Assembly: GCA_945949405.1 (NCBI GenBank)
Contig: CAMFEP010000002.1
Location: 1 to 49,794, forward strand
DNA length: 49,794 nt
Source: Kiritimatiellales bacterium
GTDB taxonomy: Bacteria; Verrucomicrobiota; Kiritimatiellia; UBA8416; JAIOPI01
Reading direction: 5' to 3'
The notes beneath the pieces are model-generated. The model did no database searches and was not told the origin of the DNA. It saw only the letters and a program-made list of their open reading frames with translations. Position numbers and translations under genes: made by a program. Position 1 is the stretch's first letter; each line of letters begins with the position of its first letter. Below, piece by piece: positions 41,345 to 48,694 of this stretch.

Positions 41345-43074
41345 CCACCACCCACCAGCAACCGGCAGCCCCGATTGCGATCATCGGCATCGGCTGCCGC
41401 TTTCCAGGCGCGCCATCGCCGGAAGCCTTCTGGTCCCTGCTGCGCGATGGCACCCATGCCGTGCGCGAAATTCCACCCGACCGCTGGGATGCCGCCGCGC
41501 TCTACGCCCCCTACCTGATGGAGCCCGGCAAAATGAACACCCGCTGGGCGGGCCTGATCGAGGGCATCGACCAGTTCGATCGCAAATTTTTCGGCATCTG
41601 GCCGGATCAGGCCGCGCACATGGATGTGCTGCAACGCCTGCTGCTCGAAGTGTCTTACGAGGCCCTCGAAGACGGCGGCCAGGATCTGAACGCGCTGGCG
41701 GGCACGCCCGTCGGCGTCTTTCAGGGCGTCCCACCGGGCGACTATGGCCGTATGATGCTGGCCAATCCCGATAAAATGGGCCCCTACACGAGCACCGGCG
41801 CGCTCCTGTCCATCTCGGCCAATCGCATCTCCTATCAGTTCGATTTTCGCGGCCCCAGCATCGCGCTCGACACGGCCTGTTCGTCGTCGCTCGTGGCGGT
41901 GCATCTGGCCTGCCAGAGCCTGCGCGCCGGGGAATGCACCATGGCCCTCGCCGGCGGCGTCAATGCGATCCTCTTTCCGCCGCTCTCCGTCAGCCTCACC
42001 AAGGCCGGCGCGATGTCGCCCGACGGCTGTTGCCACGCCTTCGATGCCGCGGCCAACGGCTATGTGCGCGGCGAGGGCGTGGGCGTCGTGCTTTTAAAAC
42101 CCCTCGACGCAGCCCTGCGCGATGGTGATCGCGTTCACGCCGTGATTCTGGGCACCGCCGTGAATCAGGACGGGCGCACGAACGGACTGACCGCGCCAAA
42201 CCGCTGGGCCCAGGAGGAGGTCCTGCGGCGGGCCTGCGCGAGCGCCGGTATCAACCCCGCCGACGTGCAGCACGTCGAGGCGCACGGCACCGGCACCCTC
42301 TTGGGCGACCCCATCGAAGCCCTGGCGCTGGGCGCGGTGCTGAAACCCGGTCGCGCACCGGATGCGCCCTGCCGCATCAGCTCAGTCAAAACCAACATCG
42401 GACACCTGGAAACCGCCGCGGGCGTGGCCGGCCTGATCCGCGTGGCGCTCGAATTGCGCGAGCGCACCTTCACGCCCATGCTGCATTTTAAAACGCCCAA
42501 CCCGCATATCGATTTCGATGCGCTCGGTCTGGCCGTGCAGCGCCGCTGCGAACCCTGGCCTGCACCGCCGAACGGTGCGCGCCGCCTTGCAGGTATCAGC
42601 TCCTTTGGTTTTGGCGGCACGAATTCGCATGCGGTTCTGTCCGAGGCGCCGCCCAGTCCTCCCGTTCCTCCGCGCCCGGCAGGGCCTTACCTGCTGCCCC
42701 TCTCCGCCAAATCGCCTGCCTCGCTGCGCGCCCTCGTCTCCGCCTATCGCGCGGCCTGTTCCACCGTCCGCGTCGACGAACCCTACGACTACTGCTATAC
42801 CGCCGCGCGACGTCGCACGCATTTCTCCCAGCGCGCCGCCTTCGTTTTCACGACGCAACCAGAACTACTACAGCAACTCGACGCCTGGCTGGAAGGCCGT
42901 GTGGCAACATCCGCCACGCCCCTCGCCGCCGCAGAAGCCTATCGCAACAACCAGCCCGTCGATTGGTCCACCTGCTTCCCCATCACCGTGCCTCCCGCGC
43001 CCCTCCCACACTACCCCTGGGACCACGAGCGTTGCTGGTGGGGCGAAACCGAAAGTGCCACCAATCGGCGATAG
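41341..43074 (+). CDS. Stand-alone PKS-type ketosynthase with vestigial KS-AT linker (no AT)
   Basis: IAIIGIGCRFPGA, DTACSSSLVAVHLA (Cys), VEAHGTGT and NIGHLETAAG (His, His). The ~118-aa tail runs from LLPLSAKSPASLRAL to LPHYPWDHERCWW with no GHSxG acyltransferase core. GTG 41341 overlaps the ACP stop as GTGA; an ATG at 41245 is the alternative. Confidence 0.88.
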   Translation: MTTTHQQPAAPIAIIGIGCRFPGAPSPEAFWSLLRDGTHAVREIPPDRWDAAALYAPYLMEPGKMNTRWAGLIEGIDQFDRKFFGIWPDQAAHMDVLQRLLLEVSYEALEDGGQDLNALAGTPVGVFQGVPPGDYGRMMLANPDKMGPYTSTGALLSISANRISYQFDFRGPSIALDTACSSSLVAVHLACQSLRAGECTMALAGGVNAILFPPLSVSLTKAGAMSPDGCCHAFDAAANGYVRGEGVGVVLLKPLDAALRDGDRVHAVILGTAVNQDGRTNGLTAPNRWAQEEVLRRACASAGINPADVQHVEAHGTGTLLGDPIEALALGAVLKPGRAPDAPCRISSVKTNIGHLETAAGVAGLIRVALELRERTFTPMLHFKTPNPHIDFDALGLAVQRRCEPWPAPPNGARRLAGISSFGFGGTNSHAVLSEAPPSPPVPPRPAGPYLLPLSAKSPASLRALVSAYRAACSTVRVDEPYDYCYTAARRRTHFSQRAAFVFTTQPELLQQLDAWLEGRVATSATPLAAAEAYRNNQPVDWSTCFPITVPPAPLPHYPWDHERCWWGETESATNRR

Positions 43075-43140
43075 TCATCGTCGTTATCCACCACCTCTCC
43101 GTGCCTCCGTGTCTCCGTGGTGAATCCGAATTGGCCCGCC

Positions 43141-43857
43141 TTACCGAAACACCTCCCCACCCACCACCGCCAGCCGCGCCGGAAACAGCGTCTCAACCCG
43201 CGCCCCGGAGCCGGCCGTCCCGGCCGGTGAACTTGAGCCGGCCATCCCCGCCGGTACGCCTGCCGGCAGCAACGCCTCCAACTCACTTTTCAAAAAACCC
43301 TTGCGCACGGAAAGCTGTCCATCCGCCAACGCAAAACTGCGCCGAAAAAACAAACCGTTCAACAGCGTCACGCCCATATAGGCAAAGGCCCCGCGCCGGA
43401 TGTCCGCCAGCACATACCCGCGCGCGGCCACATCCCGCACACGCGCCAAAATCGGGCGAATCGCCTCGTCCGGCAGATGATGCAAAAAATGATTCGCGAA
43501 CACGTAGTCCACGGGTCCGAACCGCGCCAGTTCCTCCGCCCCCGCGCACACCACTGTGAGCCCCTCCTCGCGCGCCCACCGGCGTTGCGCCCACGCCACC
43601 GTGCGCGCGTCGCTATCCAGCGCCGTCACGCGCAATCGCAACCCGAGTTGCCGGCTGCGCTGCAGCAACCAGGCCGGGATATCGCATCCACCGGCGCCAA
43701 GATCAACAAGGTGGTATTCCCGCTCCGGAGCGTCGCGCATGTCCCGCAGCACCGTGCGCGCCAGCAGCGTGCGATAGCGTGACACAAGCCGGTTGATCCC
43801 GCCAAACTGCGCGATCGTGCGCAACAGCATCGCCTCGTCGCAATCCACCGCATCCAT
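43141..43857 (-). CDS. Class I SAM-dependent methyltransferase
   Basis: Motif I YHLVDLGAGGCD, followed by ALDSD and FANHFLHHL. Start is uncertain: ATG 43857 (MDAVDCDEAM), GTG 43905, or ATG 44034 inside the octamer array. Confidence 0.7.
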   Translation of the reverse strand: MDAVDCDEAMLLRTIAQFGGINRLVSRYRTLLARTVLRDMRDAPEREYHLVDLGAGGCDIPAWLLQRSRQLGLRLRVTALDSDARTVAWAQRRWAREEGLTVVCAGAEELARFGPVDYVFANHFLHHLPDEAIRPILARVRDVAARGYVLADIRRGAFAYMGVTLLNGLFFRRSFALADGQLSVRKGFLKSELEALLPAGVPAGMAGSSSPAGTAGSGARVETLFPARLAVVGGEVFR

Positions 43858-43923
43858 CGCCTCCGCCACCCAGATGCGCTTCGAAAAATCAGGCAACCCC
43901 AACACGCGTCCCTCTTTGTCCCA

Positions 43924-44059
43924 GTCCCACAGTCCTACTGTCCCACAGTCCCACTGTCCCACTGTCCTACCGTCCCACAGTCCCACTGTCCTACCGTCCC
44001 ACAGTCCCACTGTCCTACCGTCCCACTGTCCCATTGTCCTACGGTCCTATTGTCCTACC
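43924..44059. repeat. Tandem octanucleotide array, 17 units of GTCCYAYN
   Basis: Read directly: gtcccaca gtcctact gtcccaca gtcccact gtcccact gtcctacc and so on. Two exact 24-nt super-units lie at 43972..43995 and 43996..44019, with a 1-mismatch copy before them. The array contains the FMO stop and ATG 44034. Confidence 0.9.
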
Positions 44060-45207
44060 ATCCCAAACTTCCGCGCAACCCACCTCCGCATGGTCCTCCC
44101 CAACAACACCCGCGCGATAAACTGACCACGCAGCCACGACGCCACCCGCCCCCTGCGCGTCCCCAGCCACATCCCCCGCGTGGCCAGCCGCGCCGATGCA
44201 TGAAACGCTTTCCGCCGCACCCGATCATATTCCCTCAACTGCCGTTCAACCTCCGCACCAAGCACCCCACCACCAAGCACCTTCCCCAGCACGTCCGATA
44301 AATACGCCGCATCGCCAAATCCAATATTCATTCCCTGCCCGCCAATCGGGCTCATCACATGCGCCGCATCGCCACACAGCACCACCCGCCCGCGAAAATA
44401 CCGCGCACACACGAACTGGCTGACACGAAACGGACTTTCGAATTGCTTGCTCCGGCCCGCCAGATCAATCCCCGACCGCACGCGCACCAGCGCTGCCATA
44501 AAATCCCCCGGCGGTTCGCGCATGTACGCATCCGTCATCACGATCCAGCGCCGCCGTCCATCCGGCAGCGGAAAAGCCTCCACTGCCCCCGTCTCCGTGA
44601 AAAACAAATGCGCATCCTGCCCCAGCGCCCCGTCATCATCGAAATCCGCCATCAAAAACGTCTGCCCCAACCGCTTCGTGCGTATCCCAATCCCCGCCAG
44701 CCCGCGCACCGCGCTGTCATGCCCGTCGCTTCCCACCAGAAACCGCCCGGTCAATGCGCCAGCGTCCACATCCCACCCACGCACGCGTACACGTACACGT
44801 TGCGCGTCCTGCTCGAAACCCACAATCTCCACGCCGCGCATCAGCGTCACCGAAGGAAACCGCCGCGCACCCGCTTCGAGAATCTCCAGCGTCACGGCCT
44901 GTGGCAGGCACAGGATGAACGGATACAGCCCGGGTAGCCCGTCAAAATCCAAATCCCCAAGCAGCCGCCGGCGATCATGCACCGCGACGCGCCGCACCGG
45001 CACCCCGCGACGCACGCATTCGGCGTCGAGCCCGACGGTATTCAAAATCGCGAGCGACGGCGGCGTGATGCCAATCGCCATCGAGCGCGCCTCGGGCGCC
45101 GCGCGCCGCTCCATCACCAGCGTCCGCACCCCGCGTTGCCCCAGCAGATTGGCCAGCAACAACCCCACCGCCCCGCCACCCGCAATGATCACGTCGTGCG
45201 ATTCCAT
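44047..45207 (-). CDS. FAD-dependent aromatic-ring monooxygenase (UbiH/PHBH-type)
   Basis: DVIIAGGGAVGLLLANLLGQRG Rossmann motif and GDAAHVMSPIGGQGMNIGFGDA are typical of group A flavin monooxygenases. ATG 45207; the ORF extends to a GTG at 45219. Confidence 0.85.
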   Translation of the reverse strand: MESHDVIIAGGGAVGLLLANLLGQRGVRTLVMERRAAPEARSMAIGITPPSLAILNTVGLDAECVRRGVPVRRVAVHDRRRLLGDLDFDGLPGLYPFILCLPQAVTLEILEAGARRFPSVTLMRGVEIVGFEQDAQRVRVRVRGWDVDAGALTGRFLVGSDGHDSAVRGLAGIGIRTKRLGQTFLMADFDDDGALGQDAHLFFTETGAVEAFPLPDGRRRWIVMTDAYMREPPGDFMAALVRVRSGIDLAGRSKQFESPFRVSQFVCARYFRGRVVLCGDAAHVMSPIGGQGMNIGFGDAAYLSDVLGKVLGGGVLGAEVERQLREYDRVRRKAFHASARLATRGMWLGTRRGRVASWLRGQFIARVLLGRTMRRWVARKFGMVGQ

Positions 45208-45244
45208 CTGTGCGCTCACACCCGATTTCGCCCGAGCCTACTGT

Positions 45245-45327
45245 GACGGCTCGCCAGAGGCTCGCCCTCCAGTTGGCATAACAGACTCTCGATCAAGTAA
45301 ATGGAGGGCGAGGCTGCGCCGAGCCGC
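45245..45327. repeat. Inverted pair of repeat family C (long hairpin), in the PKS/FMO spacer
   Basis: CTCGCCCTCCA (45261..45271) pairs with TGGAGGGCGAG (45302..45312) over 11 bp around a 30-nt loop. An outer GGCTCG/CGAGCC pairing extends it. The right arm is identical to 657..682. Confidence 0.75.
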
Positions 45328-45364
45328 CGCCGGGAATGTGTTTTATGCCAAACGCACACCGCTT

Positions 45365-46519
45365 TCACGATGCGCCCGCGCAGCCACCAGCCGCCACCCC
45401 AACCTCGGCAATCTGGCCCACGTACGACAGCGCGGCGGACTCAACCGTCAGCCCCGGCCCAAACGCCATCGCAATGATCCGATCGCCCGCCCGCGCCTCC
45501 GGCTGCGCCCACAATTCGCGCAAGACGAACAGCACCGTCGCGCTGCTCATGTTGCCGTACTGCCGCAAGACCTCACGCGACGCCGCCACCTGCTCCGGCG
45601 CCAGCCCCAAGCCACTTTGCACCTTGTCCAGAATCGCGCGCCCGCCCGGATGCACCGCCCAGTAGCGCACGCCCTCTAGCCCGGTCTCCTGCGCCCGCAA
45701 CAACGGCGCGACCAATTCATGAATCGCACCACCGATGATCTTCGGCACATAACTCGACAACACAATGTCGAACCCATGATCGCCGATCGACCAGGCCATT
45801 TCGCCCTCGCCCTCGGGAATCACCGTGGACGCAAAGGCCCCCAGCGCCAGCGCGCGCTGCCCCGCGGGCACGGGGCGCGCACTGACAATCGCGCACGCAG
45901 CCCCGTCCGCGAACAACGCGTTGGCCAGCATATCGTCGAGCCCGCCGCGCGGATGCAAATGCAGCGTGCAGAGCTCCAGGCACAGCACAAGCACGACGGC
46001 CTTGGGATCGGCGGCGCAAAACTGCTCGGCCATGCGCAGCGCCGGAATCGCCGCATAGCAGCCCATGAACCCAAGCTGATAGCGCTGCACCGAGGGCCGC
46101 AAGCCCGCCTCCTTGACGATGTAATAATCCGGCCCCGGATTGGCAAAACCCGTGCAGGACACGGTAATTACATGCGTCACGTCCGCAGGCTCAATGCCCG
46201 GACAGGCGGCGAGCGTACGCCGCGCCAGGTCCACCGCGATCGGGCGCGCATGCTTCACGAAAAACGCGTTGCGCTCCCCCGTGCGCGGGTCGTCGATTTC
46301 CCCATCCGCATCCACGCGATACAATTCGCGCGGCGCGGCGCTCATGAAATCGCTCACCACCGAGTGGCGCTTGTCGATGCTGGCGTTGCGATAAATCTGA
46401 TGCAACACGCGCCGCTGGCGCTCCGTGCGCACCCAGTGCTGCATGCGCGCCTCAATGTATTCCTGGCGGTAGGCCGTGCCAGGCACAAACGTCTCGATGT
46501 GGCGCACAAACACGGACAT
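45365..46519 (-). CDS. Type III polyketide synthase (chalcone/stilbene synthase superfamily)
   Basis: 384 aa from ATG 46519 (MSVFVRHIETF). Catalytic contexts TVSCTGFANPG (Cys), YWAVHPGG (His) and YGNMSSATVLF (Asn). GTG 46513 has better SD spacing and is an alternative start. The upstream part of ORF 45365..47041 is not PKS-like. Confidence 0.9.
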   Translation of the reverse strand: MSVFVRHIETFVPGTAYRQEYIEARMQHWVRTERQRRVLHQIYRNASIDKRHSVVSDFMSAAPRELYRVDADGEIDDPRTGERNAFFVKHARPIAVDLARRTLAACPGIEPADVTHVITVSCTGFANPGPDYYIVKEAGLRPSVQRYQLGFMGCYAAIPALRMAEQFCAADPKAVVLVLCLELCTLHLHPRGGLDDMLANALFADGAACAIVSARPVPAGQRALALGAFASTVIPEGEGEMAWSIGDHGFDIVLSSYVPKIIGGAIHELVAPLLRAQETGLEGVRYWAVHPGGRAILDKVQSGLGLAPEQVAASREVLRQYGNMSSATVLFVLRELWAQPEARAGDRIIAMAFGPGLTVESAALSYVGQIAEVGVAAGGCAGAS

Positions 46520-46657
46520 GCCTCCAGTATGACACCGGCAGGATGGGCAACAACTGAAAATTTGGTATGGTCCTCCTGTGCCGCCTCCCGGCGACCTTGC
46601 GTCGCCGGAGGCAAAATTATGGCACCTGCCGCACAAGGCCGCAGGGAGCCACGCCCA

Positions 46658-47623
46658 ATGGAGAACGCCATGCGCCCATTTTTCCGCCTGAAGGCAAATT
46701 TCGACGGCCTCATCGCCACCATGGGTTGGGTCGCCGCCACGGTAACCCTCGCCGGCTTCGCCGGTCGCGCACATTGGCTGCTCGATCTCTGCACGCACTT
46801 TCGCGCCCAATACCTGCTTGCCCTGCTGGCCGCCTCCATCCTGCTCGCGCGCCGCCTCCCGCGCCAGGCCCTGGCCTTCGCGCTGCTCGCCCTGCTGAAT
46901 GCCGCAATCCTGCTGCCCATGTTCCTGCCGCGCGCAACCCCCGCCGCCGGCATCACCCCCGCCATCCGCGCGATGCTGATGAACGTGAACACCTACGACG
47001 GGAGCCCGCCCCGCGTCGCCGCCGCCATCGCGGAATTCCACCCCGACATCCTCGTGCTGATCGAAGTCAGCCCCCTCTGGCTGGAGTCCCTCGCGCCAGC
47101 CCTGACGAATTTTTCGCAGCGCCTCGCCGAACCTCGCGACGACAACTTTGGCATCGCGCTCTACAGCCGCTTCCTATGGACCAACGCCGCCCCACACCTC
47201 ATCGGCGCCGCGGGCGTCCCCACCCTGCGGGCCACCATCGACACACCAGATGGCCCGGTCACCATCATCGCCACGCATCCCGTGCCGCCCGGCGGCGCGC
47301 AATATTCCGCCTGGCGCAATGACCAGCTCGCCCGCCTGCCCTCCCTCGTGCACGCGCCGCCCGCGCCCGTCCTGCTCCTCGGCGACCTGAACACCACCCC
47401 CTGGAATTTCTATTTCAACCGCCTCCTGCGCGACGCCGGCTTTCACGACAGCGCCCGCGGCCGCGGCCTCCACCCCACCTGGCCCGTCGGAGTCCCGCTT
47501 CTCTGGATCCCCCTCGACCATTGCCTGCACAGCCCGGAAATCGCCATCGCCGCCCGCACCGTCGGCCCCGATGTGGGCTCCGATCACTACCCCTTGATTG
47601 TGGACTTTTGCCTGAAAAAGTGA
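46658..47623 (+). CDS. Endonuclease/exonuclease/phosphatase (EEP) family membrane protein
   Basis: N-terminal TM segments, then HPDILVLIEV, LLGDLNTTPW and GSDHYPLIVDF, typical of EEP-family proteins. Possible starts are 46619, 46658 and 46670. The part of ORF 45719..47623 upstream of these is antisense to the PKS gene. Confidence 0.72.
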   Translation: MENAMRPFFRLKANFDGLIATMGWVAATVTLAGFAGRAHWLLDLCTHFRAQYLLALLAASILLARRLPRQALAFALLALLNAAILLPMFLPRATPAAGITPAIRAMLMNVNTYDGSPPRVAAAIAEFHPDILVLIEVSPLWLESLAPALTNFSQRLAEPRDDNFGIALYSRFLWTNAAPHLIGAAGVPTLRATIDTPDGPVTIIATHPVPPGGAQYSAWRNDQLARLPSLVHAPPAPVLLLGDLNTTPWNFYFNRLLRDAGFHDSARGRGLHPTWPVGVPLLWIPLDHCLHSPEIAIAARTVGPDVGSDHYPLIVDFCLKK

Positions 47624-47651
47624 GATTACAACGCTCGGCGACATGCCCCGG

Positions 47652-47675
47652 GAGGGGCGGCCGCCTGGCCGCCCT
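47652..47675. repeat. Dispersed GC hairpin repeat, family A (copy 2)
   Basis: Identical 24-mer to 123..146. It lies between the EEP gene stop and the hisI-like start. Confidence 0.75.
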
Positions 47676-47705
47676 TGGCCACGACTCCTCCCAAAGGAGA
47701 CCCAC

Positions 47706-48119
47706 ATGAGCCAGATCGTCGAAGAGGGCACCGCCCTGATGTTGGATTTCGCCAAGATCGCCAAGATCGCCGAGCGCTGCAAGGATGTCATCCCCGTCGC
47801 AATTCAGAATGCGGACACGGGTGCCGTCATCCTCGTGGCCTACACGAACGAGCTGGCCTTCCGCCAGTCGCTGGAACACCGCCGCCTGATTCTCTGGAGC
47901 ACCTCGCGCAACGAACTGTGGGAAAAGGGCAAGTCCTCCGGGGAAACTTTCGACCTCGTCGAGGCCTTCGTGAACTGCGAACAAAACTCACTGCTCTACA
48001 AGGTCCGCCCCCGCCGCGGCGGCATCTGCCACACCAAAAACGCCAAAAACCTCCCGCGCGACTGCTACTACCGCCGCATCGATTTTCTTACCGGCGACCT
48101 CGAAAACCTCGATCCGTAA
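47706..48119 (+). CDS. hisI: Phosphoribosyl-AMP cyclohydrolase-like protein
   Basis: VIPVAIQNADTGAVILVAYTNELAFRQSLE, LWSTSRNELWEKGKSSGE and ...GGICHT...CYY follow the HisI pattern. AGGAG lies 7 nt upstream of ATG 47706. It is monofunctional with no other his genes nearby. Confidence 0.7.
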   Translation: MSQIVEEGTALMLDFAKIAKIAERCKDVIPVAIQNADTGAVILVAYTNELAFRQSLEHRRLILWSTSRNELWEKGKSSGETFDLVEAFVNCEQNSLLYKVRPRRGGICHTKNAKNLPRDCYYRRIDFLTGDLENLDP

Positions 48120-48133
48120 AAAATTGGGGCTGA

Positions 48134-48164
48134 GGTCTGAAACCTGAAACCCGAGACTCGGAGG
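48134..48164. repeat. Inverted partner of the 48577..48694 repeats
   Basis: GGTCTGAAACCTGAAACCCGAGACTCGGAGG is the reverse complement of CCTCCG(+7 nt)GGTTTCAGGTTTCAGRCC, which occurs in the tandem units on the other side of the four-helix-bundle gene. Confidence 0.65.
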
Positions 48165-48191
48165 GAATTCCGAAACAGGACGCGGAGCGTG

Positions 48192-48575
48192 TTACTCGGA
48201 AAGTCGACTCTTCACGCGCTTGGCCATCGCAACGAATATCGAAATAAGTTCGTTGGTTTCCGTAGCCAGTGTATGAAGGTCAACGCCGTCGATGCCGCAG
48301 TCTTCATGCAACAATTCCAGCCAGAGCGCGCTCTCGTCAGCTTCTTGTGCGCAGGTCTCGATTTTTGAAATGAATTCCGCGTCACTGCGGGCTCGCGATG
48401 CTTCTCTGTATATGGCCGCCACGGCCGTACCGGATCGCAAAAGCTGCTTTCCCAAAACTTGGACCTCAACTCGATTCTTTGGCAGCGTGCAAAAAAGCCG
48501 AATTACGCCCGACGCATAGGCCTTTGTTCTGGCCCGAAAAGCTTCCTTGCGAGCGCTACCCGATGTTTGATTCAT
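48192..48575 (-). CDS. Four-helix-bundle protein (23S rRNA intervening-sequence protein / Avd family)
   Basis: 127 aa. YASGVIRLFCTLPKN...LGKQLLRSGTAVAAIYREA...FISKIETCAQEADESALWLELL is the characteristic pattern of this family. The gene is visibly more A/T-rich than its neighbours. Confidence 0.8.
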   Translation of the reverse strand: MNQTSGSARKEAFRARTKAYASGVIRLFCTLPKNRVEVQVLGKQLLRSGTAVAAIYREASRARSDAEFISKIETCAQEADESALWLELLHEDCGIDGVDLHTLATETNELISIFVAMAKRVKSRLSE

Positions 48576-48576
48576 G

Positions 48577-48694
48577 ATCCGAACCTCCGGTTTCAGACTT
48601 CATCCTTTCCCCCGATTTTCAGGCTTCAGGTTTCCGCCCTCATCCCTCTGCATCCGAACCTCCGGTTTCAGGTTTCAGGCCTCATCCTTTCCCC
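48577..48694. repeat. Three degenerate tandem units (about 37-43 nt)
   Basis: ATCCGAACCTCCGGTTTCAGACTTCATCCTTTCCCCC (48577..48613); a degenerate middle unit; ATCCGAACCTCCGGTTTCAGGTTTCAGGCCTCATCCTTTCCCC (48652..48694). The last unit supplies the PhyH stop codon. Confidence 0.75.

Noticed and set aside
43858-44034. WDGRTVGL-repeat N-terminal domain of the methyltransferase as a genuine protein domain
   Set aside because: The peptide repeat is simply the in-frame reading of the octanucleotide array. The methyltransferase fold starts well downstream. It is kept only as an alternative start in the phase-variation hypothesis.
43924-44059. CRISPR array
   Set aside because: The units are contiguous 8-mers with no spacers, so this is a microsatellite-like tandem repeat. 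No CRISPR-like repeat-spacer structure was seen anywhere in the window.
44447-45679. 410-aa plus-strand ORF
   Set aside because: It is antisense to the FAD monooxygenase and the 3' end of the PKS gene. It is Ser/Arg/Pro-rich with no motifs.
45719-46657. Upstream two-fifths of the 634-aa plus-strand ORF 45719..47623
   Set aside because: This part is antisense to the type III PKS and has no EEP-family similarity. The EEP domain and its TM segments begin only after the ATGs at 46619, 46658 and 46670.
46520-47041. N-terminal extension of the PKS ORF (45365..47041)
   Set aside because: The extension is Gly/Arg/Gln-rich filler overlapping the divergent EEP gene. The PKS homology begins at MSVFVRHIETF (46519).
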